64,000 nt of DNA from Guillardia theta CCMP2712 (GCF_000315625.1 NW_005434670.1:806016-870015), one strand, 5' to 3'; shown: positions 1-11,591, counted from the first letter of the stretch. Translations and numbers: made by a program. Notes: generated by a model from the letters alone, not told the origin.

Positions 1-324
1 CGATACCCCAGCTTCGTTGCACAGAGCGATGAGGATCATGAGCGGAGTTTGGAGAATCTCAAGCAATCATTCTTAGATTACGAGAGAGGTCTGAATGCCA
101 TCCGTGAGGCTGAACACTTTGCATCGCTCAACGACATAAGTGCGATAGAAGCAGCCCTGCTGGAGGCACAGAACATTTTCTCGACAATTGAGAGCGACAC
201 ATTGCTCAGAGCTTCAAAGCAAGTGAACACTAGGATGCAGTCATTGATCCAGCTAGTCGAACGCTCAAAAACGAGCTTGGAACCCCAACAATCGGAAGAG
301 CAAGACCAGCAGGAGGACAGTTGA
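1..324 (+). CDS. 3' end of a hypothetical helical/coiled-coil protein (partial, begins before window)
   Basis: Open frame from the window start to TGA at 322-324 with ordinary protein-like composition (LKQSFLDYERGLNAIREAEHF...EEQDQQEDS). No family motif. Confidence 0.5.
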   Translation, partial: RYPSFVAQSDEDHERSLENLKQSFLDYERGLNAIREAEHFASLNDISAIEAALLEAQNIFSTIESDTLLRASKQVNTRMQSLIQLVERSKTSLEPQQSEEQDQQEDS

Positions 325-730
325 ATATCAGCTCCTGGGCTGTAAAGGGATGACAACCGGGGATAGATTGCTCCTGAGCAAACCTCAGTGTCGAATGAGG
401 CTGATATATCGAGTGACCTGGAGAGTTTATGGCTCCTGAAACGCTGGTTGTCAAATTCCACCTTGGCACTGAGTCGGATGGATTTGGATAAAGTGGAGTG
501 ATTCATCGACGCAACATGCTGCACATCTGTAGTCAACCAGCAGCAGTCAGGAGGGGGAGTTACCTGCTGAGTGTCTCTCCTTGTCTGACTCCCCACAAGC
601 GTCCCTGTTTGGTAGTAGGGAACAACCTGAAACGAGAGTAAACAAACCCTGAATCCCACAACGAAGAAGATGTACCTTCAGCATTTGTTCGAAAGGGTGC
701 TCGTTTACAGCGATCGCCTCTGAGACTATC

Positions 731-1345
731 TCATTCTTGCATTTCAAAACTTCTGCACCTACCTCGCCTTCGATTGAAGCTCGACGCTCTCGAAGAAGCG
801 TTGCTCTGACTTGTAGCTGGTCTGGACACGTTAGACCACCTCGCGTCTGCTTGCATCGGATCTTCGACGGGGAGGATTACTGGCTCGTACACCTCATCCT
901 GATACTCCCACACGCCGAAAGACCGAGAGAAGAAACTAGAGGATATTTGGCTCATCGCGTCCACCGAGCCTCCCACTCTACGTTTGCTCGCCTCATTGAG
1001 TTCGCTCGATTTCTTTGTCCTCGCAATCCTTGTTCCAACTGATCTTCCCCTCAGCCCAACTGTCTCAAAACTCTTTCTGAATTGAACGTATGCATGCCCC
1101 ATTGCGCTTCTTGATCTGGTCATTGGGTTTGCTTCTTCCTTGGCTGTCGGAGATGGCCATGATTTGCGGGTGAAGTAGAACTCGTGGTCAATGTTCTTAA
1201 CACTCGTCTTTGAATCGTTGTTGGTGCTGTGCTTCTTATAAGGTTCTGGCATCCTTCCAAACGTTGGTTTCCATACATGTGGAAGTTCAAAGGTGGCAGA
1301 TTTTTCCAAAATGCCTGCACTTGTTGATCCAAACCCCTTGGCCAT
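731..1345 (-). CDS. Hypothetical protein; first exon(s), probably continuing with more exons toward ~330
   Basis: 204-aa ATG-initiated ORF with a C-rich tract upstream. No recognisable domain; 3' exon structure unresolved. Confidence 0.35.
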   Translation of the reverse strand: MAKGFGSTSAGILEKSATFELPHVWKPTFGRMPEPYKKHSTNNDSKTSVKNIDHEFYFTRKSWPSPTAKEEANPMTRSRSAMGHAYVQFRKSFETVGLRGRSVGTRIARTKKSSELNEASKRRVGGSVDAMSQISSSFFSRSFGVWEYQDEVYEPVILPVEDPMQADARWSNVSRPATSQSNASSRASSFNRRRGRCRSFEMQE

Positions 1346-1931
1346 CTTGCGGGGCGTGTTAGAAATGCACAGAGTTAAGCTTGCAAAGATCTTGGGGGCG
1401 CGAAAACTAGAAACATGTTGGTATAAGTTGGGAGCCAGCTTTCCTAACTCGATCCCTGTGCTTTGAGTCTGCCTGTTCGAGAAGAATTCTTGTCAACCCA
1501 CAGAGCTGTGACATGTGACTCGTTCTGAATTGATTTCTACCTCCTCTCCTCCTCCCTCCTCCATCTTGCTGACATTGCGGCCAGGATATTCTCGCAAACT
1601 GATTTGGTCCGGACCCACCATGTGGGTCTTCATACCCCTACCCCCGAATTATCGAACATCTATAGGAATTCAGTGGGTGGTTCAGATATACCACCCACCC
1701 CAATCACTCTCTCTTTACTTCTCCCCGGACCTACCTAATACGGGGTCCTACTAGTCGGGTCCTACAAGTGGATTGCATCCAAATACCCCTACCCCCGATT
1801 CTCCTCCTGGAACTACCCCTGATGATCCCGCATTCCGACCCCTCAACTCCAAAGACAAACTACTACTGTTTACTCACTACTAGTAACTGAGTCATCAAGC
1901 GCGAGCATGCTCGAGCAGCTTGTCTCCATGC

Positions 1932-1994
1932 ACCTGTGTAGAGCTGCAGCGCGATCAGCTCCGCCTCCTGTAGCCCCGCCTTGATGGCCGTCTC
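1932..1994 (-). pseudogene. 63-bp duplicated fragment of the ART-gene exon end (ETAIKAGLQEAELIALQLYTG)
   Basis: 1932-1994 matches 4134-4196 at 62 of 63 positions and stops exactly at the GT splice donor. Confidence 0.8.
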
Positions 1995-2212
1995 TTCCCT
2001 ACACTGCCAGTAGAAGGTACTCCCCGCTAGCCTCAAGCCGCATCCAGTCCTCTATTGTGCTTGCCAGATCCTCGTCCTGTCTCTCTCGCGTCACCTGCGC
2101 AGCTGATCGTCCGCGCGACTCGGTCTGTCAGCTCCCCTCGCGCCGCCGCCACGTGCTAGGCCTCTGATAGGTATGAGAGCGATTGCTATAGCTGCAGCTT
2201 GTTGGTTCAGTC

Positions 2213-5200
2213 TTAGTCTATACCTAAAGATCTAAGATAATCCTTGACATTTGAGTCACTGCACTTACGAGCACAAGTCAAGCATGTCCATCCGTCAATG
2301 GTCTTCTCCCTCAGCACCTCCTCCCCGCATGTCTCTGCAAGATACCGCAGCACCTCCAGATGCCCTCCTATACTCGCCCAGTGCGCGCATGTCATGCCGT
2401 GATTGGCCATCTCCCTCAGCAGCTCCTCCCCGCATGTCTCTGCAAGGTACCGCAGCACCTCCAAGTGACTTCCCTCACTCGCCCAGTGCGCGCATGTCCT
2501 GCCGTAATTGTCCTTCTCCCTCAGCACCTCCTCCCCGCATGTCCTCCCCACATACCGTACTACCCTAACGTCCCCTCCCATGCTCGCCATGTGCGAGCAA
2601 GTCCTGCCGTCATTGTCCTTCTCCCTCAGCACCTCCTCCCCGCATGTCACTGCAACATACCGCAGCACCTCCAAGTGACCTCCCTCACTCGCCAAATGCG
2701 CGCATGTCCTGCTGTCATAGCTCTTCTCCAACGTCAAGGTGCTCAGAGCCTCTTTCCCGCATTGTTCCTCTACGGTCTTCAGTACCTCCAAATGTCCGTA
2801 CTCTGCCGCCCAGTGCACCAACGTCTTCCCTTCCTTGTCCTTCGCTAGTACCTCCGCTCCTGCCTCGATCAGCTCCCTCACGCTCCCCGCCCTCCCCAGC
2901 ATCCCTGCTACATGTAGCCCTGTCCTCCCGTCCTTCATCCGCTCGTCCATGTCGCATCCGGTCGCCTTCAGCAGCGAGATCAGCTCGCCCTGTCCTCGTA
3001 CCACCGCCGTGACTGTCGGCGGCTCCCCGTCCTCGTCCGACCTTGAGATCGACAAGCCGTACATCCCGCACAGCCTCTTGCTCTCTTCTTGTCTGACATC
3101 ATCGGTTGCTGGAGTCCACGAGCTGATCTTGTACATCAGACCCGCCATCGTCTTCCAGTACACTGACTGCATCGGCTCGTTCGCAAGGGCTTCACATTTC
3201 CAGTCTCCCTGAGTATCTTCGATCCAGTGTCTGAGCTTGTTGATCGCCATGTCTTTCACTCGGTTCGACAGCTCGATCGCCTCCTTGTAGTTTGACTCAT
3301 CGTTGTACCAGCCCGCCTCCCTCCCCCGGCTCGCCTCCACCAGACCCCAGCACTCCTTCACGATCGAGCTCACAAGATCCTGATGGCGCTCCCAATATGA
3401 GTCGTCTGTTGCTGTCCTGAGCCGCTCCTGGATCCTCCCCTCCTCCCCCCTCAAGTCTCGCTCTACCTCCCTCGCGATGTTCTCCATCAGCCCTACATAC
3501 AGCTGCTTCCTCCTCCCTACAAAGTCCTCGATCGTCAAGCTCATCGTGTTCGCGTTGATCTTCAGCTCCAGCGCCTTCACCCGCCTCCCCTCTACCTCCC
3601 TGTACCGCGGCTCCTTCACCACCTCCAAGTACGACAGCGGCGGATACAGCATCTCCCCCTCCCCCGGATACTGAGACACAAACCCCAAGCTCGCCCCCCG
3701 GTCGATCGCCCCGCAGCTCATCTCGAACACGATCGGCTCTGCCCCGTCCCCGGCGTACTGGATCGCCGTCCTGACGTCCGTCGTCGTGCTCAGCAGCCCG
3801 TACTCGACTCCTCCGGACACGCCCAGCTCGTCCTCGCTCAGGAAGCTCTCCGGCAGCCTCAGCCCGTTCAGCCCCCTCCACACCCGCCGGTCCTCCGGCA
3901 GAGGAGTGTGACGAGACAGCTTGACGACGCCGCTGACGATGCAGTGGATGGTGGTCGTGTACTTGTTGGGGATCTTCCTGGGGTCTCGGAGGTGCTCCAT
4001 GGGAGCTCGAAGTACAGAGTTGTACTTGTGGTACATCGGCCCTGTCAAACCAAAGCCTCTCGTCATATACCGCATATCCTCTATCCTCCTCTCTCTCCTC
4101 CTACATGCTTCCCTCTCGCTTTCTATCTTCCTTACCTGTGTAGAGCTGCAGCGCGATCAGCTCCGCCTCCTGTAGCCCCGCCTTGATCGCCGTCTCATGC
4201 TTCATCAGCTCCTCGATCCCTCGGATGATCCGCGTCCCCTCCGACAGCCTCTGCCTCCTCTCGGGGTCTCTGACGTTGAGCCACTCCTCCTTCGATGTCG
4301 TCGTGATCCCGTAGTTGCTCGTCACAAACGCCTCCTCCGCGTCCTCGCCCCTGCAGTGCTCCTCCTCTATCGCCTTCATCAGGTCCGGCTGCGGTAGCCC
4401 GATCCGGTCTATCAGCCCCCCGTAGTACTCCTCGATCTTCCCGTACACGGCCTCTCGCGTCTCGTTCATCGCGTACTTGCTGTTGTGTGGGGACAGATAG
4501 TCTCCGGCCTCCCGCCCTCGAGCCTTCTCCGGCCTCCTCAGCGCTGCCGCCAGCCTCCCTGCTATCGTCGTCTCGCATAGAGCCGATAGAGCCACCTCCG
4601 TCATCTCCTGTAGCCCCGCAAGAGGACTCTCCGCGCTCCCGCCGGGGATGCACTCCGCCAGCACTCGCACGATGTCCATGTCGGCGAGGCTGCTGGCCTT
4701 GCGAGAGAGCTCCCACTCTCGTGCGACTCTGGCCTCGAAGTTCTCGTACGAGAGCTTGTCTGTGCTTGACTGAAGCTGTGAAGACGAGACGTCGACGCCG
4801 AGAGTCACGAGGAGGTCGTTGCGGAGAAGCTTCGATCGCTTGGGGTCTAGAGAGCCGCTCAAGTACTCGCGGAGGGCAGAGCGAGTATCATCGGTGAGTA
4901 TCCATGACGTGATAGGATCTGTTGTAGGCTGCGCTTTGTCTGGTGGCTGAGGTCTCTGGCTTGATGTGATCGACATGCTCTGCTTGGTCTCTTCAAGGCT
5001 CACAGGCGGGTCCTTGACAGTAGCTTGCTGGAGTGCCGCCTGGAGCTCGGATATCTTTCTAGTCGCCTGCTCTAAGCTCTGCTTGAGGGACGAGTAGGAG
5101 CCATCGCCAGCATCATCCGGCCTCTTCGTCATTTCCTGATTCTCCCTTGTCAAGCTCGTCAACTTCCCTTCGAGCTCTGAGATCTTCTTCCTCGCTGTCT

Positions 5201-5267
5201 CCAGCTCCTCCTCTGCTTGCTTGTTCTCCGGTCTTACCCGAGACGACAAGCTTCCAAAGCATCTCAT
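2213..5267 (-). CDS. Coiled-coil + mono-ADP-ribosyltransferase (R-S-E type) + ankyrin-repeat protein; intron 4042-4135
   Basis: Splicing GTAAGG(4135)...TGACAG(4042) joins LQLYT-G-PMYHKYNSVLR in frame. ART motifs: VWRG (Arg), GLLSTT (Ser), SQYPGEGEMLYPP (ExE). C-terminal ankyrin repeats of the form GRTCAHWASEGSHLEVLRYL. The true 5' end may lie further upstream (5267-5900 has mixed frames). Confidence 0.85.
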
Positions 5268-6899
5268 CCTTCCGTACCTCCTTCAGTGCCAGGACCAGCC
5301 TCTCCTCTTGTCACAGTCTTCTCTCAAGCCAACTGCCTCTTGTCCTTTCCGTCTTGCTCGTCCTTGTGGTTGAGCTCTTAGAGCCTGAGCCCTGCAGCAT
5401 TCATCAGCTGAGACACCTCTAGACGGTTCTGATGAACGTTCACGTCCTCGTGTCTGCATGGACACTCGCCTTATGTCTCCATCCTCCCTTCCTCTCCTTC
5501 AACTGCTCTGACAACCTGCTCCTGCTGCTTTGCCCGCGCTCAGCTTGTACCTCTGCTCCCTCCCTCCTCCTACCTCTCCTTGGCTTCGTTACCTGACAGT
5601 TCCTCCTTGCTTCCCTGACAAATCTACTGTTCCCTTCCTCCTCCTCTGCCTTGTGAGCCTGCTGCTGCTCCTCAGCAAGTGCTCCCAATGAGAATGATAA
5701 AGCAGAGACAAACCGTTGAAAGAAACGAGGGAAAACAAAGAGAACGAGACATGGATTGAAGGGAAGGAGGGGAAACAAAGAACGAGACGTGGTGAGTAAA
5801 TGAGAGAGAGCAGAAGGTACAGAGAGAAAGATGATAGAGGGCAAGATACAAAGATCACTTGCAAGAGAAGAACAGGTAAGGAGGAGGACGGAGGAAGGTC
5901 AAGACTCAGAGACTATCGAACATGCGAGGAGGTGAGCAGCAACTTTCGAAAGTTCTTTCGAAACTTTGAAAGTTTAGACTGTTTCGAAAGTTGGAAAGTT
6001 TAGACTGGAACCGAACAAATGAGCGAGACAGCCAGACCAGCAGGCAAAGTGCAATAGAGCGAAAACAAAGGAAACATGCTATGGGACTACCTACCAACAA
6101 GAAGGGAGCGATGAAGGGAGGTATGGTAGCACGAGTCATAGGAAAGACAGAGATGAGATGAGAGAAGTAGTCAAGAGAAGCAGCAAAGCAGATAGAGCAG
6201 ATCAGACGCTGAAGCAGATCCAGAATCAGAAGGTTTACTACAAGGAAATGTCACAGAGGGGAAGGAAAACAGCCGGGAGGGAAGTTAAGTTTGGTAGCGA
6301 TGAGAGAGAGAGAGGACGCACAGAGAAACAAGCAGAGTGTCATACTAGCAGCTTGGAGTATGTCAGTTAGGAGCGGGAGACCCCGTGTGATGCCCCTGGT
6401 GTGAGCAACCCTGCCGGCCGGCATGTCTCGAGGAAGCATCATGCTCTAGCAGCTGGCGCCATCCCACGTGACCTGCTGGCTCCTCATCGCCATGCTCAGA
6501 GCGTAGGAGCAGGACGCGAGCCCCTCCTGCTCGGGAGCGGGGTCGGGCGGTTAGACTGAGAGGGGTAGGGGTACTGAAGTACCCACCTGACATCTTCTTG
6601 TCGTTTTGAGCTACCCACCTTAGTGCCACCATGAAAGAACTTATGGTACCATGGGGTGGTCGATACACTGGTAAGAACAATTTGGGGTAGGGAAAGGGGA
6701 GGGGGGGGGGGGGGGGGTTGTTTTGGTAGGGTACTGGTAGTTCTGAGCATGTATAGCTTATACATCACGAATGTATCAACAATACCCTTTATACCGGCAA
6801 GCCTGATGCCAGCAACAGCTCTTCGCGTTGTGGTTGTCAAATGAATTAAACTATTGACTTTTGATTTAGGACAGGCGGTTGTGTCCATCGCCAGATCTC

Positions 6900-7334
6900 A
6901 TATCCACTGCAGGTAGCACAACCCCGATGTGGTGTACACAACCTTGGGGAGTCAGAGAGAGAGAGCTATCACTGCTGCGTTGACTTCAACACGACGAGCA
7001 CGACAGACTTGTGATGTCAGCTAGGACATCAACCTGTTCCTCTGCACGATCACAACGATCGTTGCATGCCCTTCTTCAAACAACTCTGACAGGTGTTCGG
7101 AGCAAGATGTGATAAGTAGAGAGTTGCCCTCGGACTATGTGTGCTTCATCGATATTCACAGATACAGATAGGGAACCCTTAGCTTCGGAAGACAGGGGAA
7201 CCGGGGTTTGAGTTCATCGAGGGCGGGTTGTAAGTACTATGAGAGGTACCTAGAGAAGTAGGGGTCACAGGGAACACGACAACGCGAGAACCACAGGAAA
7301 GAGTTCTTACCTGTGTGAAGAGACTTAGCTTACA
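6900..7334 (+). mobile_element. Possible degenerate Ty1/copia 3' remnant: decayed RNase H-like tail, polypurine tract and short LTR-like segment (7229-7334)
   Basis: Purine-rich GAGGGCGGG(T) is followed directly by TGTAAG(7229)...CTTACA(7334), which are inverted termini. The stop-riddled peptide upstream (DVVY..LG.Q..AI....STRRAR...DINLFLC..TIVA) loosely recalls copia RNase H. No partner LTR seen. Confidence 0.3.
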
Positions 7335-8261
7335 GACTTGTTCTGTTCTCCATTTAGCTTAACGATCTTTCTCCATCACCCTCGGGCCCCCGGAGCCTCA
7401 CTATACGGTCGGGCTGCTGACGATGACAGCGCTGCATCGCTCAGAGGCGAAGTGCGGCGATGTCTACAGTGAACCAGTCGATGCCTGACAAACGTACGGT
7501 CTATGCTAGCCTACATCAGCAGACAGCAGCCCCCTTCTACCTCAAGAGGCTCATCCTTGTACAGCCTCAGGGAAGGACGAGGGGTAGTGCTCCTTGCTGC
7601 TCGAGCAGACCCGTCTCGTGCGAACTTTCAGCGGCTTCTCGCAGGCCTCTGCTCCTCGTCCTACCAGCAGTCAGGGAAGCCACCGGTACTTAGTAGTCTC
7701 TTTCAGGAACCAGGGGTCGGCAAGTAACAGACCTGTCAAACTGCTGGTTCAATCTTGTCATCTTTGCTCTCACAACTGGCTAGTTTTCGGTTTCTGCACC
7801 GAGTCTAGAGCTCACACCAAAAGCTGGGACTTTTTCAAGACGGGAAGATTCTTCGTCGTCCCAGGTTGGACTCAGTACAACCTAAATAGTATTTATGAAT
7901 TTCATATTTATGTTCGCTTCAAGAGGCTCTGAAAGCTTTTTTGAAGAAATGAATGACCCATATTTTCCCAGTATCACATGTGGAGAGAATGACCTTGATT
8001 GATCATTTAAAATCTGCTGCAACCAATTCTTCCATTGAAAGAATAAAGAGACATGACGAGAAGTCTCGTCGTAATCTTTTGTACAGGTTGCCGTGCGGTC
8101 TGACTCCTGCATGTCAGGTCGAACAATGTTTCTGAATGTTGTTTTGATCATCTATGGTGTACGTTGCCTTAATGTATAATGATGAATTTCCTACACATTT
8201 GTTCAGAAACCAAATCTCCTGCTTCAAACTGTTGGACAAAAAAAAATTCATTCATTGCTAT

Positions 8262-10877
8262 TTATTGATTTTTTTCACTGCTTTTTCTTGACAGAGTTGG
8301 ATTAAGTTCCTCCTTTTTCTCCTTCCAGTAGTTGAGATTACTATGTAGGTTAGGCAAACAAACATCCTTGATAGTAGGAAGAGCGGTAGATAAAACCTGG
8401 AAAGATGGCAGAACAACAAACTCAATGAATCCTATTTGCGAGTCGGGAATACTTGTTGTTTCCCTGTTGCATTGAGGCGACACTGGAAGCCCCAACGATT
8501 TTTCTTGATCTCCCTGCGAAAAGAACTCTTCAATGCATCGCTCTGTCCAGCTGATCGCCAGCTCTCGTGGCTTTGCGGGGTTCGAGATGTCGCAAACGTG
8601 CAGCACGGCCTTGAGCAGCAGGTCGCTGGACCCTCGAAGCTTTTCGTCGAGCGAGTCCGCCTCGCAGGTCTCCTTGAGGTCCTTGAGCAGCATGAAGTGC
8701 TTGGACATGTCGGTGAAGAGCACCATATCAATGATCGCCTTCCTCAGCTCCAGAAAGTTCTCCTGCGAAAGATTGTGGAAGATGTCGATTTCTTGGTTCG
8801 TGTCCATGCTAGAGAAGAGGAGAAAGAGGTGATAATTTTCTTGAATGCTCTGATCATTGTACATGAGCGCTCGCTGAGAGATTGAGTTCTTGTGGTAGTT
8901 GTTGTTGAGCCCATCATGTCCAAGATCGTGCACGAGAGCTGCAAGGAGGAGAGCGGTGATCTGCTTCTGCGTCAAGTAGCTCCACAAGTTGCAGGTCTGG
9001 AGCATGAAGTGAACAGTCTGCAAGATGTCGGATGCATGAATGGCGTTGTGGTATGGATTGCTATTGTACTTTGACTCCACGAACGCCAGCCAATTCCTCA
9101 TAGTCATCTCATCAATCATAAGCTCCTCCAACACGTTCCACCTGCATAGTAAATGCCATCCTAATGCCTGGATTGGGCGCATATGTGAAGCCTGAGCCAG
9201 CTCAAAGGGACTGAAACCCCACTCATCCACGTTCGCAAGCACCTTGTTCAGCTGTAGGAGCTCTTGTTCGCTCCAATGTGCAGGAAACGGCAACTCACTC
9301 TGCTCATCAAACTTGGACAAACTGAGCGTTTGCTCGGCGCGCTTCTCTGAGAAATATTTTGGAGTGTTGACGCTAGATCGAGGTCGCGGAGTTGTCCCTC
9401 GAGACTCAGCCGAGAACACAGGAGTGCCGCTGAATGGGGTAAAGAAACTCAAAATCCATTCTTTCACATCGTCGGATACAGCGGGCTTGTCTCGCTTCAG
9501 AAGTCCCTTCTGTTCCTTCACGTTCTTGTACCACACGACAATCGCGGCGGTCAGCTGTCCTCTTCCTGCATTACCCTTTGCGATCATTTTGGCATCTTTG
9601 AGAATTCGATCTATGTCTTCGCTGTTTGGCTCGTAATCGAAGATGAGGTCCTTCATGAGGAGAGCGAGCCCGTTGCGCTTGAGGTTCCCGCTGCGCTTGT
9701 CAGAATACTTGTCCAGCAGCGGCATGATGGTATCCTTCAACCTTGTGTACACCATCCATGTGTTTGTCAGCTGCTCATGGAACTTTTCTTCATCAATTGG
9801 CTCATCTTCCCCTCCAGTTCGGAACGCGCCCACCTCATGCTGAGTGAGGTCGTAGATTGACCTGATCTCTTCATCAGGGATGCCAGAGAGGTCATAATCG
9901 CCACGACTAAGAGCCAACTCAAGAGCTTTCATCTGCCTTTCAGCGTCATCCAAAATATCAGAATCAATTCTCTGGTCACTCTGCACAGCCCCTGATGTTG
10001 TTTCTGATTTCTGCCTCATGGTTGGGCTTCCTTGAACATGATTGGGACTGAACAAGCCTTGTGGGATAGAGGAAATTTTTTCATCTGACTGTAGTGTTTT
10101 GATTGCATACGTGATTATTGCCCTATCTGTGATGGCAAGGAAGCTGCATTGCCTCATAAACTCTTGTAACAGATGTGCTGCATTCTCAGCAGACGAATGC
10201 TCAGCTGCGATGAGGTCTCGAGATTCCAGGATGTAGCTTGCCTCTTCCCAGCTCATTCCCACACCATCCAATGGACAAGTTTCATGGACAAGCTCGGGAA
10301 AGAAGACTGAAGTGGGCGTGTTCTCAGAACTCGAAAATTCAGAGCTATTCTGATGTCTCAGTTTAGCTGAGATGCTGGAGTAAGAGGGAGTGATATCACA
10401 GTTTCCTGCGCTCTCCATGCTCAGTCGTCTAAGTCGCAGATCTGAATCGGATCTGATGACATTCATGTTCAACATGGGGAGATTTTTGCAAGAATCGCGT
10501 TTCAGCACTTGGCTCGGTTGTGACACGTTGGATTCCAGCAACTTGGTCAGCCTAGACAAATTCTTCCTCTGCTCTTGGATGATTTGCTCTGCACCCTTGA
10601 TCGCATTCAACATGCTGTTGTCGCCATCTTTGCCTGAGTCCAGGTTTGTCGAGATCCTTCTCTCACGATTCTCTATGTTACTCTGTCCAGCCTCAATGCC
10701 TTCTGAATGTGAACGAGCGTTGCTGCAGGCAATCATACTTGACATGTCTTGACCCGCGCATCCCTCTTGGTCAGGTCTCGAGCCCTGTATCCTTGCTCCC
10801 TGTGCCTCCTCCTGTTCCTCAGCGTTCCTCCTCTCACCCCCCAGGAGCACATGACGCTCCAGCCCTGCCATGGTCAT
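8262..10877 (-). CDS. Class I 3',5'-cyclic nucleotide phosphodiesterase with an EF-hand-like segment upstream of the catalytic domain; single exon
   Basis: 871-aa ORF with PYHNAIHASD, LVHDLGHDGLNN (HD signature), ENYH, FTDMSKHF, LHVCDISNP, EEFFSQGDQEK and SQIGFIEFVV. EF-like segment LLDKYSDKRSGNLKRNGLALLMKDL. Confidence 0.95.
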   Translation of the reverse strand: MTMAGLERHVLLGGERRNAEEQEEAQGARIQGSRPDQEGCAGQDMSSMIACSNARSHSEGIEAGQSNIENRERRISTNLDSGKDGDNSMLNAIKGAEQIIQEQRKNLSRLTKLLESNVSQPSQVLKRDSCKNLPMLNMNVIRSDSDLRLRRLSMESAGNCDITPSYSSISAKLRHQNSSEFSSSENTPTSVFFPELVHETCPLDGVGMSWEEASYILESRDLIAAEHSSAENAAHLLQEFMRQCSFLAITDRAIITYAIKTLQSDEKISSIPQGLFSPNHVQGSPTMRQKSETTSGAVQSDQRIDSDILDDAERQMKALELALSRGDYDLSGIPDEEIRSIYDLTQHEVGAFRTGGEDEPIDEEKFHEQLTNTWMVYTRLKDTIMPLLDKYSDKRSGNLKRNGLALLMKDLIFDYEPNSEDIDRILKDAKMIAKGNAGRGQLTAAIVVWYKNVKEQKGLLKRDKPAVSDDVKEWILSFFTPFSGTPVFSAESRGTTPRPRSSVNTPKYFSEKRAEQTLSLSKFDEQSELPFPAHWSEQELLQLNKVLANVDEWGFSPFELAQASHMRPIQALGWHLLCRWNVLEELMIDEMTMRNWLAFVESKYNSNPYHNAIHASDILQTVHFMLQTCNLWSYLTQKQITALLLAALVHDLGHDGLNNNYHKNSISQRALMYNDQSIQENYHLFLLFSSMDTNQEIDIFHNLSQENFLELRKAIIDMVLFTDMSKHFMLLKDLKETCEADSLDEKLRGSSDLLLKAVLHVCDISNPAKPRELAISWTERCIEEFFSQGDQEKSLGLPVSPQCNRETTSIPDSQIGFIEFVVLPSFQVLSTALPTIKDVCLPNLHSNLNYWKEKKEELNPTLSRKSSEKNQ

Positions 10878-10971
10878 CGCAACCTTATCCAGGTGCCGTG
10901 GCCCTCATCCCCGCGCAATCTAGTAGGCCCCAGGCCCCCTCCAGGCTCCCTCACCAGGCTCCGGAAATAGC

Positions 10972-11591
10972 ATGGGGGGCATTATGGAGGCGGTACCAGC
11001 GATCCTCCTATGGTGAGTGAAGTTGATGGGGGATCGACGAGAGCGTTGGACGAAGAAGATGAGAAGTGGACAGAGAAATTATCCTCTCGAATGATGCAAG
11101 TTGAGAGTGTCCGCTAACTTTTGTCTTTAGCATCCTTGTTGCTGTTGACGCTGGTTCGCCGATGAAATCATCTCAAGCCCTGCTTTCATCGCTGGATCAC
11201 ATGCCTGACATATACAGGTAAAGTGTTTGGTGTTGCATACCCTTGCTTGTTTCATCAGAGTAGCACGGACTGACATTTCTCTTGGCATCCCTCAGGCCAG
11301 GAGACCCTGTGAAAGAAGAAGTTTTTCGCGACAATTTTCTGCATGTGGATGGAACAATCAATGAGAAAGTTCTTTTGCTACTGCAAAAGTATGTTGCAAA
11401 TGCGTCATTCTCAGAACTATCATATTGATTTTTGCTTCAGATATGTCCCCATCAGCTCTGGTGCACTTCCAGCAAGCGCTGGATTCTTGATATTCATCTG
11501 CTTTGTGATTGGAATTGTGTATTCGTGGATGCACAAGAATCGATGCTGGGAAGTACGGGTATGTTTTCCTCTTGGAAGCCGCAATGTTTGA
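10972..11591 (+). CDS. Small secretory single-pass membrane protein, at least 4 exons
   Basis: Manual splicing of three GT-AG introns gives MGGIMEAVPAILLCILVAVDAGSPMKSSQ...KYVPISSGALPASAGFLIFICFVIGIVYSWMHKNRCW, i.e. a signal peptide plus a C-terminal TM helix. Last exon boundary uncertain. Confidence 0.65.

Noticed and set aside
2251-3881. Repetitive alternative-frame and antisense ORFs over the ankyrin/ART region
   Set aside because: They are shadows of the GC-rich tandem ankyrin codons, with no independent support.
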